A program made the position numbers and the translations under genes. A DNA stretch of 62,702 bases, counting the filler, from Deltaproteobacteria bacterium (lineage in GTDB: Bacteria > JAUYMQ01): assembly GCA_030698575.1 (NCBI GenBank). It is 13 parts of 13 records of this genome, joined end to end, with 100 filler letters (N's around TTAATTAATTAA, not from the genome) between each part and the next. Parts side by side here need not be neighbours in the genome. Positions count along the whole stretch, not along the records: positions 1 to 6,450 come from JAUYMQ010000520.1; positions 6,551 to 10,357 come from JAUYMQ010000531.1; 11 more parts are not named here. The stretch is one strand, 5' to 3'. The notes below the pieces were generated by a model, which had not been told where the DNA came from, searched no databases, and worked only from the letters and a program-made list of their open reading frames with translations. Of the stretch, positions 1-7,266 are shown piece after piece; position 1 is the first letter of the stretch; each line of letters starts with the position of its first letter.

Positions 1-820
1 TGTTGTACTCGTGCAGGTACCCCAACGACATGCTCCTGTTTTCGGCCGCCTGCTTCTTGAGGTTCTTGATCTCCGCCTTCTGCTCTGCCGTGTACTCGCC
101 GGATATATCCGCCGGCTTGATGGCGGACGCCTTGATGTCCAAGTTATCGGCCTCTAGGGCCAGGGTCCTGAACACCGAGGCAGCGGACGCGGCCCTTGCG
201 GTATCACTCGTGAGGGTTCTCTCCAGTGCGTCCTGGGTCGCCCTTGCTTGCTCTATGGCGGCGGGATCTTTGCTAGCCACCGCTTTCACGTACCCGTCAC
301 GAGCATCCTTCAGCTTCCTCGCTTGATCCACCTGGAGCGTTCTGAGCGCTGTCTCTTGCATACTCGCGGCCGCGGAGGCGCGCGTAGCTGACGACTCCTT
401 CGCGCTGGTTATCGTCCTCTGGGCCTTAACCCAGTCGGCGTTCCCTGCGTTGGCCACATCCACCTCAGCGGCCGCCTTGGCGATCTTCTTCGCCTGCTCG
501 ACGTTGATCTCGCTGATCTCCCTGAGTTCTTTCATCCTGCCGGGGGCGAGGGATGTTTGCTCTTCCACTTTGTTGAGTATCCCGCGCTTTTCAGTGGCTA
601 TCGTTCGGGTCTCTGCCCTCCCCTCGGTAGCTATCGTCCTGGTGTCCGCGCGTCCTTCTGCGGCGATCGTGTCTGTGTTCCTTGCCTCGCGTAACCGCGC
701 GTCCCGTGCCTCCTCGATAGCGGCCTGCTCCTGTAGGAGCGTGGACTTTGCTGTGAGTGCGGATACCGCGTTACCGCCGCTCTCTGCGGCGCCAGCCAGC
801 ATCATGCCGAGAATTCCCAT
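1..820 (-). CDS. Phage internal virion/ejection-type protein, 3'-truncated by window edge
   Basis: Starts ATG GGA ATT CTC (MGILGMMLAGAAES) directly after the TAG of the upstream gene; Ala/Glu/Arg-rich helical sequence with 11-aa repeats (TIAAEGRADTR/TIATEGRAETR). Not in the ORF track, consistent with running off the edge without a stop. Confidence 0.6.
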   Translation of the reverse strand, partial: MGILGMMLAGAAESGGNAVSALTAKSTLLQEQAAIEEARDARLREARNTDTIAAEGRADTRTIATEGRAETRTIATEKRGILNKVEEQTSLAPGRMKELREISEINVEQAKKIAKAAAEVDVANAGNADWVKAQRTITSAKESSATRASAAASMQETALRTLQVDQARKLKDARDGYVKAVASKDPAAIEQARATQDALERTLTSDTARAASAASVFRTLALEADNLDIKASAIKPADISGEYTAEQKAEIKNLKKQAAENRSMSLGYLHEYN

Positions 821-1246
821 CTACGCTGCTCCCATCAGACCAGGTGCAGGCGCCGCGGCGACGGGCTGCGGGGATGGTGCAGCGGTCTGCCCTGGAGGTG
901 CGGCGCCTGCGTTCGAGAAAACTTTCTGCAAGAGCGCGACCAGCTTCGGGTACGCGGCCTTGATATCTTCAGGCGTCGGGTCGCCCTGCTTCGAGTCGCG
1001 CATGAACTTGGCGATCTCGAGCATCAGCATCGCGGCCGCGGGGAGGAGCACCTGGATCGGAATCGATCCGTTCGCTTTATCCTGCAGCATTTTCATCAGG
1101 CCAACGGCCTCTGTGGCAAGTTTGTCCGGCATCGGCATATCGCCCTTGATGCCCTTCATCAGGATCGGGAAAGTCTTGGGGTCAAACATGATTTTCTTAC
1201 CCGCAAGAACGACGCGTTGCGTGGCGGCTTGATCTTTGGGGTTCAT
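821..1246 (-). CDS. Hypothetical phage virion-associated protein (141 aa)
   Basis: Tightly packed in the minus-strand operon; Pro/Ala/Gln tail ending GLMGAA, typical of podovirus internal proteins. Confidence 0.6.
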   Translation of the reverse strand: MNPKDQAATQRVVLAGKKIMFDPKTFPILMKGIKGDMPMPDKLATEAVGLMKMLQDKANGSIPIQVLLPAAAMLMLEIAKFMRDSKQGDPTPEDIKAAYPKLVALLQKVFSNAGAAPPGQTAAPSPQPVAAAPAPGLMGAA

Positions 1247-1827
1247 TAGATTACCTTCCTCGCGTGCTGGACTGCGGGATTAAACAGCAAGCCCCGGCCC
1301 TTGGAGGGCTGTCCGAACTTCATGTTGATGATCCCGGCTTGGTTGTCCCTCTTCTGCTTCTCGAGGGCGATCTTGTCATCGGCCATCTGCTTATCGAGGG
1401 CTGCCTTCTGGCTCGCAGCGTACCCCGCGCCCGCGCCCGCAATAAGGGACGCGCCAGCGGTGATCACGGCACCCTTGGTCTTGTCCCCCATGCTGTCCCA
1501 ACCGATGGCTTTCCCGACGGTATCAAACAGCTTAGAGAACCAGTTGTCGCTCGTTTTAACCGCCTTGTCGGAGAGCGAGTCCGCCTCGCTCGCGCGGGGG
1601 CCGAAGTCACCCCCGCCAGTCTGCTCCGGCTCCCTGCTATATGAGTTCCCCCTCACGAAGGCCGCCAGCCCCTCGGCGAACCAGCTCCCCACCTCTGCTC
1701 CGTTCGTCCATATGTCCGGCTGAATGTAACTCGGCTGGTCCTGCTCTGCAGCCGGCGTGTCCGTGTTCGGAACCCACGGGGTGCCGTCGGTGTTTGTCAG
1801 TTCGTTGCCGTAGTCATCAAGTGGCAT
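1246..1827 (-). CDS. Hypothetical phage ejection-type protein (193 aa)
   Basis: AAGGA RBS; Gly/Ala segment followed by a coiled coil; stop overlaps the next start (TAATG). Confidence 0.6.
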   Translation of the reverse strand: MPLDDYGNELTNTDGTPWVPNTDTPAAEQDQPSYIQPDIWTNGAEVGSWFAEGLAAFVRGNSYSREPEQTGGGDFGPRASEADSLSDKAVKTSDNWFSKLFDTVGKAIGWDSMGDKTKGAVITAGASLIAGAGAGYAASQKAALDKQMADDKIALEKQKRDNQAGIINMKFGQPSKGRGLLFNPAVQHARKVI

Positions 1828-1839
1828 GGCGTTTCCTTG

Positions 1840-2727
1840 TTATCCGCGCTTAGCGGCCCAATCTATTGGCCTACGCTCCACGGGGTTGAAACTCAGTATT
1901 CCCTGCCCGCTCTGTCCGAACGTGGGCAGGTTGTTGACCGTCGGTGCAGTCGTCACCGCGCCTGTTACTCCCCCGGCGCCACCGCTTGCTGCCCCTTGAC
2001 CGGCGCCCGTTCCGGTTGCCTGGCCTATGAGCCCACCCGCGAGAGCACCGGCTGCCATCCCCGCTACCTGCCCGATGAAGGGACTGTCCGGGAACATGCC
2101 GCCAACGTAGCTGCTAACGATGCTGCCGAAGCCACCCGTGACGGCGCCCGTGAGGAGCCCGCCAGCGGTGATCGGCTTTCCTGTTACCACGCTGCCAACG
2201 GCGTTCATCAGAGCGCCCTTGCCGGCGCCCATAGCAACGCTGCTGAGGGTGGGCCCTGTGGATGCAGCCGCCGCGACGGGCGCTGCCGCAGCTGCCGTGG
2301 TGGCACCGGTTGCGGCGCCTACGGATAGTTCGCCGCCAAGAGCGGTCCCGGCCGCTACCTCGCCTGCGGTGCCGCCGGTGCCAACCGCGCCGGCCGCGAC
2401 ACCTGCGCCTGACGCTATGATGGCTCCGAAGCCACCAAGGAGCGCGGCCCCGACTAGCAGTCCGCTGTCGAAGGAGGTGTCTTGATTTGCCCATCCCTTG
2501 TCAGCGGCCTGTAACGTCGCAGCAGCGTCCGGACCAGCTACTGCGCTATCGTGCTGCGATTGAAGGTTGAAGGAACCAGAAACATTTACGAGTTGTCCTT
2601 CCGGGGTTTTCGCGTACCACCGTCCGTCTGCCGCTTTGGCGAGCGTAGAGTCGTCGTAGGTATATCCCGCCACACCCAGAGGGTCCCACTCGGTCCCTTC
2701 TCTGCCGTCTACTGTTACGAGTGCCAT
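1840..2727 (-). CDS. Gly/Ala-rich phage ejection/pilot-type protein (295 aa)
   Basis: Multiple glycine-zipper hydrophobic segments, as in DNA-injection proteins. Confidence 0.55.
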   Translation of the reverse strand: MALVTVDGREGTEWDPLGVAGYTYDDSTLAKAADGRWYAKTPEGQLVNVSGSFNLQSQHDSAVAGPDAAATLQAADKGWANQDTSFDSGLLVGAALLGGFGAIIASGAGVAAGAVGTGGTAGEVAAGTALGGELSVGAATGATTAAAAAPVAAAASTGPTLSSVAMGAGKGALMNAVGSVVTGKPITAGGLLTGAVTGGFGSIVSSYVGGMFPDSPFIGQVAGMAAGALAGGLIGQATGTGAGQGAASGGAGGVTGAVTTAPTVNNLPTFGQSGQGILSFNPVERRPIDWAAKRG

Positions 2728-2750
2728 GGCCCTATGCCCCTACCGGCGAG

Positions 2751-2779
2751 TTGACGAGACCGAAAAAATGTGATAGTCT
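2751..2779 (+). promoter_or_regulatory. Sigma-70 promoter for the HNH gene (probably leaderless)
   Basis: TTGACG (2751-2756), 17-nt spacer, TAGTCT (2774-2779) with extended TG at 2771-2772; the ATG starts 7 nt downstream at 2786. Confidence 0.6.
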
Positions 2780-2785
2780 TAACGG

Positions 2786-3391
2786 ATGAAGACCTGTTCG
2801 AAGTGCAAAGTCACGAAGCCGAAAGCTGAGTTTTCGAAGAGGCTCGATGGCCTGCAGCCGAAGTGCAAAGCCTGCGCCAACGCTTGGCGCGCCGCACACT
2901 ACCTTGAGCACCGTGAGACCATTCTTGCCTCGGCCGCCGCGTACTACATCGAGAACAAGGTTGAGATTGACGCGGCCCATTCCGCGTACCGCGCCGCCCA
3001 CGCGGAAGAGAAGGCCGCGTACAACACGGCATACTATTTCACTAATCGCGAGCGCATACGCACGCAGCAAGCCCTGTACGGCGCCGGGTATTGCTCCGAG
3101 AACCCAGAAAAGTACGCCGCGCAAAGTGCTAAGCGCCGCGCCGCAAAACTCCAGGCCAACCCCGCCTGGGCTGATCCCGACGCGATCACTCTCATCTACG
3201 CGGACTGTGCGTTTATGAACGGGGTCACTGACGTCAGGCACGAGGTGGATCACATCGTGCCTCTGATTAGCAAGCACGTAAGCGGCCTGAACGTCGAGTT
3301 CAACTTACGCGTGACCCCTGAAAAAACAAACCGCAGCAAGGGCAATCGCCACTGGCCTGGGCAGGAATGGATCATGCGGTCACCCGGCTGA
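2786..3391 (+). CDS. HNH homing endonuclease with N-terminal Zn finger
   Basis: CSKC...CKAC Zn finger; C-terminal HEVDHIVPL...GLNVEFNLRV...NRSKGN HNH motif; antisense to flanking genes. Confidence 0.85.
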   Translation: MKTCSKCKVTKPKAEFSKRLDGLQPKCKACANAWRAAHYLEHRETILASAAAYYIENKVEIDAAHSAYRAAHAEEKAAYNTAYYFTNRERIRTQQALYGAGYCSENPEKYAAQSAKRRAAKLQANPAWADPDAITLIYADCAFMNGVTDVRHEVDHIVPLISKHVSGLNVEFNLRVTPEKTNRSKGNRHWPGQEWIMRSPG

Positions 3392-4574
3392 AGTCGAGGA
3401 TCTGGGACAGATCAATCGCATTGACATTGCCTATGACCATCATTCCCTCCTCGATCCACGATAGATAACCCCCAATCGCGTTCGCTTTCGCGTCAGCGGG
3501 GATGCTGCTGTCCCCTATCACGGCGGCGATCATGCCCATGCCGCTCTGGAACATGCTCGTAGCAGAGGCGGAAACTTGCATTAAAGACTGGTAGTTTGCT
3601 TGAATGTTTGCGAGCCCGGTCTTCGTGGCGTTCTCCGCGGCAGCGAGTGCCGCCTTCGCCGCCGTGTCCGCGGTCTGGTACACCGTCTTGAAGGCGTTGT
3701 CGATCTGCTGAATGCTGATCTGCGTGCGGGCGGCCAGGTCGGCGTTGTACTGCGCTTGCGCGGCCTGCTTGTCGGCAACCGTCAGCGTCGTGCTGTTCTG
3801 CGCGGCCTGGAGTGCGGCCCGACTGTTGATGTCCATCTGCGTCAGCAGAGTCTGCGTCTGAGACTGCCGGTCTTGCAAGGTGAGCTGCTGGTTGCCTTGG
3901 ATGTTCTGCAGAGTCGTCTGCAGCATCGCGTTCTTGTCCGCAAGCGTGAGCGACGTGCTCGCCTGGATGCCAGCGATCACCTTCTGCGAGGCCGCGCTCT
4001 TGTCGGCGACAGACATCGTCGTGTTCGACTGAAGTTGGCCCAAGTACGTTTGGAGGGCCGTGTTCTTGTCAGCCAACGACATCTGCGTGCCCGACTGGAT
4101 CTGCTGCAGGATCTGCGCGTTGACCCCAGCGGCGTTCGACTGGTTGATGCCCGTCTGCATGTTCGCGTTCTGCAGGCGCGCGGTGTTCTGCGCGTTGACC
4201 GTGTTGGCGGCCGCCCGGTCGTACGTGGCCGCATCGGCGGACGCGATCGGTAGTGCGGCATCGTAGACGGCAGACTGGCCGGCGGAGATCGCCTGTGAAC
4301 TGTTGAGGAGACCGCGATCGTTCATTCGCGCTGCCGCGCGCGCGGCGGCCTGCTGGAGCAGGGGTGAATCAGCTGCAACTATGCCGGCGATATTAGAGGC
4401 AACCGTCTGGTTCGGAGCGACTGTGAACGGGGCGGCGGTAGACGTGCTCGCCACAGCGCCTACGGGGGCGCTCGCCGCGGTCGGCGCGGGCGCGGTGTTG
4501 ATGATGCCCGTGGTGGGCACCGGGGCTACGTAGCCTGGCTCGCCAACGAGCGGATTTCCTTGTGCATCAGGCAT
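3372..4574 (-). CDS. Gln/Ala-rich phage internal virion (ejection) protein (400 aa)
   Basis: AGGAG RBS; RGLLNSS motif and ~22-aa 'SLADK' helical repeats; coiled-coil composition. Confidence 0.6.
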   Translation of the reverse strand: MPDAQGNPLVGEPGYVAPVPTTGIINTAPAPTAASAPVGAVASTSTAAPFTVAPNQTVASNIAGIVAADSPLLQQAAARAAARMNDRGLLNSSQAISAGQSAVYDAALPIASADAATYDRAAANTVNAQNTARLQNANMQTGINQSNAAGVNAQILQQIQSGTQMSLADKNTALQTYLGQLQSNTTMSVADKSAASQKVIAGIQASTSLTLADKNAMLQTTLQNIQGNQQLTLQDRQSQTQTLLTQMDINSRAALQAAQNSTTLTVADKQAAQAQYNADLAARTQISIQQIDNAFKTVYQTADTAAKAALAAAENATKTGLANIQANYQSLMQVSASATSMFQSGMGMIAAVIGDSSIPADAKANAIGGYLSWIEEGMMVIGNVNAIDLSQILDFSRVTA

Positions 4575-4592
4575 TGCCTACTCCTAAGTTTT

Positions 4593-5174
4593 TCACCAAC
4601 GATACCCCAGTCCAACCCCAGCGAAGGCGGTCCCGTCAGTGAATACCGACGCAACTACGCCGAGGTGAACGCCCTTCACTTGGAGGACGTCGTGTACGAT
4701 TGATAGCCGGCCTACCTGCTGCGGCACCCGCGTGCGGACGTCGATCTTGTACCCGTAGTCGAATCGAACTTCGCCGCGGGATTCAACGGCGACCCAGGGA
4801 TACGGCTCGGGCTTCGTGTAGGTCGTCGTCTCGCCTGTCTTCTCATCCATCACCGAGGTGACAGTGATCCGGCGTTCGGAAGGCTGCACCGTGGTCGCCC
4901 CAGTAACATGCTGGCTCTCGCTGGCGATCACGGAGGGCGGGAGCTTCAGATTCGCCTTCGCTTCCTCGGCGTAGACGACCACCTGCTTGACGGGGATCAC
5001 CTTCTTCTTGACCTTGGCGATCACAGGCGCCGGCGGGGCAATCACGGCGACCGTCGTGTCGACGGGCGGGCGGGTCCACAGCCAGGCGCCGTAGGCGACC
5101 CCCGCGAGCGCGAGGGCGACTACCGCCCCACCCACCCAGTGGGCAGCAAAGTACTTGACGTCGGCAAAGATCAT
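4593..5174 (-). CDS. Lysis-cassette membrane protein in the Rz/spanin position
   Basis: GGAGG RBS; ATG at 5174 overlaps the lysozyme stop; N-terminal TM helix; beta-strand C-terminus ending GVGLGYRW. Confidence 0.6.
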   Translation of the reverse strand: MIFADVKYFAAHWVGGAVVALALAGVAYGAWLWTRPPVDTTVAVIAPPAPVIAKVKKKVIPVKQVVVYAEEAKANLKLPPSVIASESQHVTGATTVQPSERRITVTSVMDEKTGETTTYTKPEPYPWVAVESRGEVRFDYGYKIDVRTRVPQQVGRLSIVHDVLQVKGVHLGVVASVFTDGTAFAGVGLGYRW

Positions 5175-5647
5175 GTGCCCTCCAGGCAAAGAGCGCGCTC
5201 TTCCGCGCGTCGGTTGTTGAGGCCGGGTGAGTAGACCAGCACGCCGACGACGCGGATTTTGTTCCAGCGCATGAGGGCGTTGCACGCCCCGACGTGGTCG
5301 CCAGCGTTCTCGAGGCGGGCCGTGGTAGAACTGCAGAAGGCGCCGACACCTACGTTGTAGGCGAAGCTCGTGTACGCGGCCTTGCGTTCGGGCGGGAGCG
5401 CATGATTAACGCAACGATCAACTCCAGGGCCGAAGTCGCGTTCGATACGATCCCCTAACATCTGCTGGCATTGTGCAGCGGTGTACTTATCGCCAGGGCG
5501 GATGTTCTTTGTCTCGCCAAAGCACACGGTGGGTATGCCTCCGACATCGAAGTACGTACTCGTACGCAAGCCTTCGAAGCCAGCGACGCACACGACACAG
5601 AGGACTACCCAGGCGGCCTTCTTGCGGGCCCCGCTTACTTCTGCCAC
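5171..5647 (-). CDS. Phage lysozyme (GH24), SAR-type endolysin
   Basis: E-x8-D-x5-T catalytic triad (FEGLRTSTYFDVGGIPT), FAYNVG and GLNNRRAEERALC motifs; short hydrophobic N-terminus just before the catalytic Glu. Confidence 0.9.
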   Translation of the reverse strand: MAEVSGARKKAAWVVLCVVCVAGFEGLRTSTYFDVGGIPTVCFGETKNIRPGDKYTAAQCQQMLGDRIERDFGPGVDRCVNHALPPERKAAYTSFAYNVGVGAFCSSTTARLENAGDHVGACNALMRWNKIRVVGVLVYSPGLNNRRAEERALCLEGT

Positions 5648-5820
5648 ACGACCTTAGCAAAGATAATACTCGCGGAGAGGAGCGCATAGGCTATCGGGGG
5701 CACCAGGCCGCTAAGGGCTGGGAGCAACTGGTCCGCGATCCCGAGAGCGGAAGCGAGGATAGCGAGCTTCACGCTCCACGCCTTGTTGAGTTCCTCACGC
5801 CAGTCGTCGATGAATTTCAT
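5635..5820 (-). CDS. Holin-like small membrane protein
   Basis: 61 aa, two TM segments, immediately upstream of the endolysin. Confidence 0.65.
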   Translation of the reverse strand: MKFIDDWREELNKAWSVKLAILASALGIADQLLPALSGLVPPIAYALLSASIIFAKVVWQK

Positions 5821-6068
5821 TTGCGCGGCAGTCTTTCGGCGACGGCGCCGATCTTGTCCGTTATGTCCTTCAGCGCAGTCTTTACGTCCACTTGAAAAGT
5901 GTCATTCGACTTGCTCTGATAGATCTGGGTGGTCTCGACCACGGTAATGCGGGTATCAAGTTTGCCGTAGGCGACGACGACGGCAGCGATGGCCACAATC
6001 AGGGAGATAATGTCCCCGACCGAGATCTCGCGTTTGATTATCGGGGGCTTCGGTTCGTTGGGCATCAC
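5817..6068 (-). CDS. TM plus coiled-coil lysis-associated protein
   Basis: One TM helix followed by a coiled coil; overlaps the holin start. Confidence 0.55.
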   Translation of the reverse strand: MMPNEPKPPIIKREISVGDIISLIVAIAAVVVAYGKLDTRITVVETTQIYQSKSNDTFQVDVKTALKDITDKIGAVAERLPRK

Positions 6069-6070
6069 GG

Positions 6071-6439
6071 CTACTCCGTGATAAACTTGCTGCAGACGAT
6101 CAGGTCGGATGCGGAGACTTCGGCCTTATCACCCAGGTCCTGCATCCTCACGGGGTCCCGGTCGATCTTCACGTCCGCGGCCAAGAGCTCGTTCATCTGC
6201 CTCTCGAACTCGGGGTACTCGGCGTGGGTCACCTTGATCTCGAACGCACCCCCTTCGTTGCAGGTACCGAGAGAAGTGATCGCCGCATTGCGGGCCGCGG
6301 TAAAAGCCTCGATCTCTTTCGACAACTCAAGCCCGATGCGTGACAACTGGTACGCTGCTTTGATCGGTAACTTCGCCGCGAGAACATTCGCGATCGCTTC
6401 CCTGGAATTGACAATCTCACCCAACTTCATCTCGATCAC
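6071..6439 (-). CDS. Hypothetical phage protein
   Basis: KLPIKAAYQL motif seen in small phage proteins that follow tail fibre genes; start may be the ATG at 6430. Confidence 0.55.
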   Translation of the reverse strand: MIEMKLGEIVNSREAIANVLAAKLPIKAAYQLSRIGLELSKEIEAFTAARNAAITSLGTCNEGGAFEIKVTHAEYPEFERQMNELLAADVKIDRDPVRMQDLGDKAEVSASDLIVCSKFITE

Positions 6440-6566
6440 TTGTTGATTTCNNNNNNNNNNNNNNNNNNNNNNNNNNNNNNNNNNNNNNNNNNNNTTAATT
6501 AATTAANNNNNNNNNNNNNNNNNNNNNNNNNNNNNNNNNNNNNNNNNNNNGAGCCCTTCCCGGGGA

Positions 6567-6606
6567 GTGGGAAAAATTTTTCCCACAATGGGAGATTTCT
6601 TTCCCA
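6567..6606. promoter_or_regulatory. Tandem palindromic upstream activator sites (TGGGA-N8-TCCCA x2)
   Basis: Perfect 20-bp palindrome GTGGGAAAAATTTTTCCCAC (6567-6586) and a second site at 6589-6606, offset 21 bp, about 130-155 bp upstream of a sigma-54 start. Confidence 0.65.
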
Positions 6607-6663
6607 GATGTCCCGATCCCGCGTGTTCCGGGACACCCGCTCGGAAGACTAATAACGTATATA

Positions 6664-6676
6664 TTTCAATGGGTTA
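6664..6676 (+). promoter_or_regulatory. IHF-like site
   Basis: TTTCAATGGGTTA, one mismatch to WATCAANNNNTTR, preceded by an AT tract, between the UAS and the promoter. Confidence 0.45.
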
Positions 6677-6704
6677 CATACAACCTGAGAGGCCGCCTTT
6701 CCAC

Positions 6705-6720
6705 TGGCAAGAGAATTGCA
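6705..6720 (+). promoter_or_regulatory. Sigma-54 (-24/-12) promoter
   Basis: TGGCAAGAGAATTGCA: GG-N10-GC spacing with TGGCA and TTGCA boxes. Confidence 0.75.
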
Positions 6721-7007
6721 ATCACTCTGACCCAGGAGGAGGCGGTGGTTTATTGGCACCTCATTGATATGGGATTGCCAACCTCTCACCCCCCCCAACG
6801 CTGCCCACTGCCTGCTCCTACCTCTTTGACGGACCTGGCCGGAAGCGTAAAGTGCGCCCCGGCCGGACGAAACGGAAGTTGCGCTCACTCGGAAGTTGTC
6901 CGGCCCACCCAAGGCGCTCACCCGGGGCCGGATGAGTAGACGCACTCGCTCAGCCATCCGGAGGGACACGGACCCCGCCGGCTGGTGTTCTGGAGGGAAG
7001 CAAAAAG

Positions 7008-7070
7008 ATGGAAGCAACCGTCGGGATGTGCGTCATTGGCGCGCTCCTGCTTTTCCTCACGTCAAGCTAA
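7008..7070 (+). CDS. Candidate 20-aa hydrophobic peptide MEATVGMCVIGALLLFLTSS
   Basis: ATG at 7008, TAA at 7068-7070, GGAGG at 6992-6996 (11-nt spacing), ends just before the terminator. Confidence 0.3.
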   Translation: MEATVGMCVIGALLLFLTSS

Positions 7071-7094
7071 AGCCTAGCGAGACCTGGAAACGAA

Positions 7095-7126
7095 AACCCC
7101 CCGCGAAAGCGGGGGGTTCTTTTTTT
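7095..7126 (+). terminator. Rho-independent terminator (possibly bidirectional)
   Basis: AACCCCCCGC-GAAA-GCGGGGGGTT followed by CTTTTTTT. Confidence 0.85.
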
Positions 7127-7134
7127 GGGGGCGC

Positions 7135-7235
7135 GCATGTCATGCGACCAGCCGCGCATGTCATTGCGACCAGCCACGCATGTCATTGCGACCAGCCACG
7201 CATGTCATTGCGAGGAGCGAAGCGACGAAGCAATC
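7135..7235. repeat. REP-type element preceded by three tandem 21-22-bp partial copies
   Basis: GCATGTCATTGCGACCAGCCAC-type units at 7135, 7156 and 7178, then TGTCATTGCGAGGAGCGAAGCGACGAAGCAATC (7203-7235). Confidence 0.75.
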
Positions 7236-7266
7236 CCCCCGTTCGTGGCGGTGCGTGGGGGAGTGC

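Larger units (their letters stand above)
6731..7126 (+). ncRNA. Candidate sigma-54-dependent structured sRNA (GGA-rich, CsrB/Rsm-like), possibly dual-function
   Basis: Bounded by the sigma-54 promoter and an intrinsic terminator; 17 GGA versus 5 TCC on this strand; several long stems; no recognisable long ORF. Confidence 0.5.

Noticed and set aside
6451-6550. Recurring N-run/TTAATTAATTAA/N-run blocks (12 copies)
   Set aside because: Artificial contig linkers with stops in all frames; not biological repeats, and cross-linker synteny is meaningless.
6755-6769. Second TGGCAC as another sigma-54 promoter
   Set aside because: No GC at the required GG-N10-GC position.
7135-7235. Tandem repeats as a possible CRISPR array
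   Set aside because: Units abut with no unique spacers, match a REP end, and no cas genes are present.
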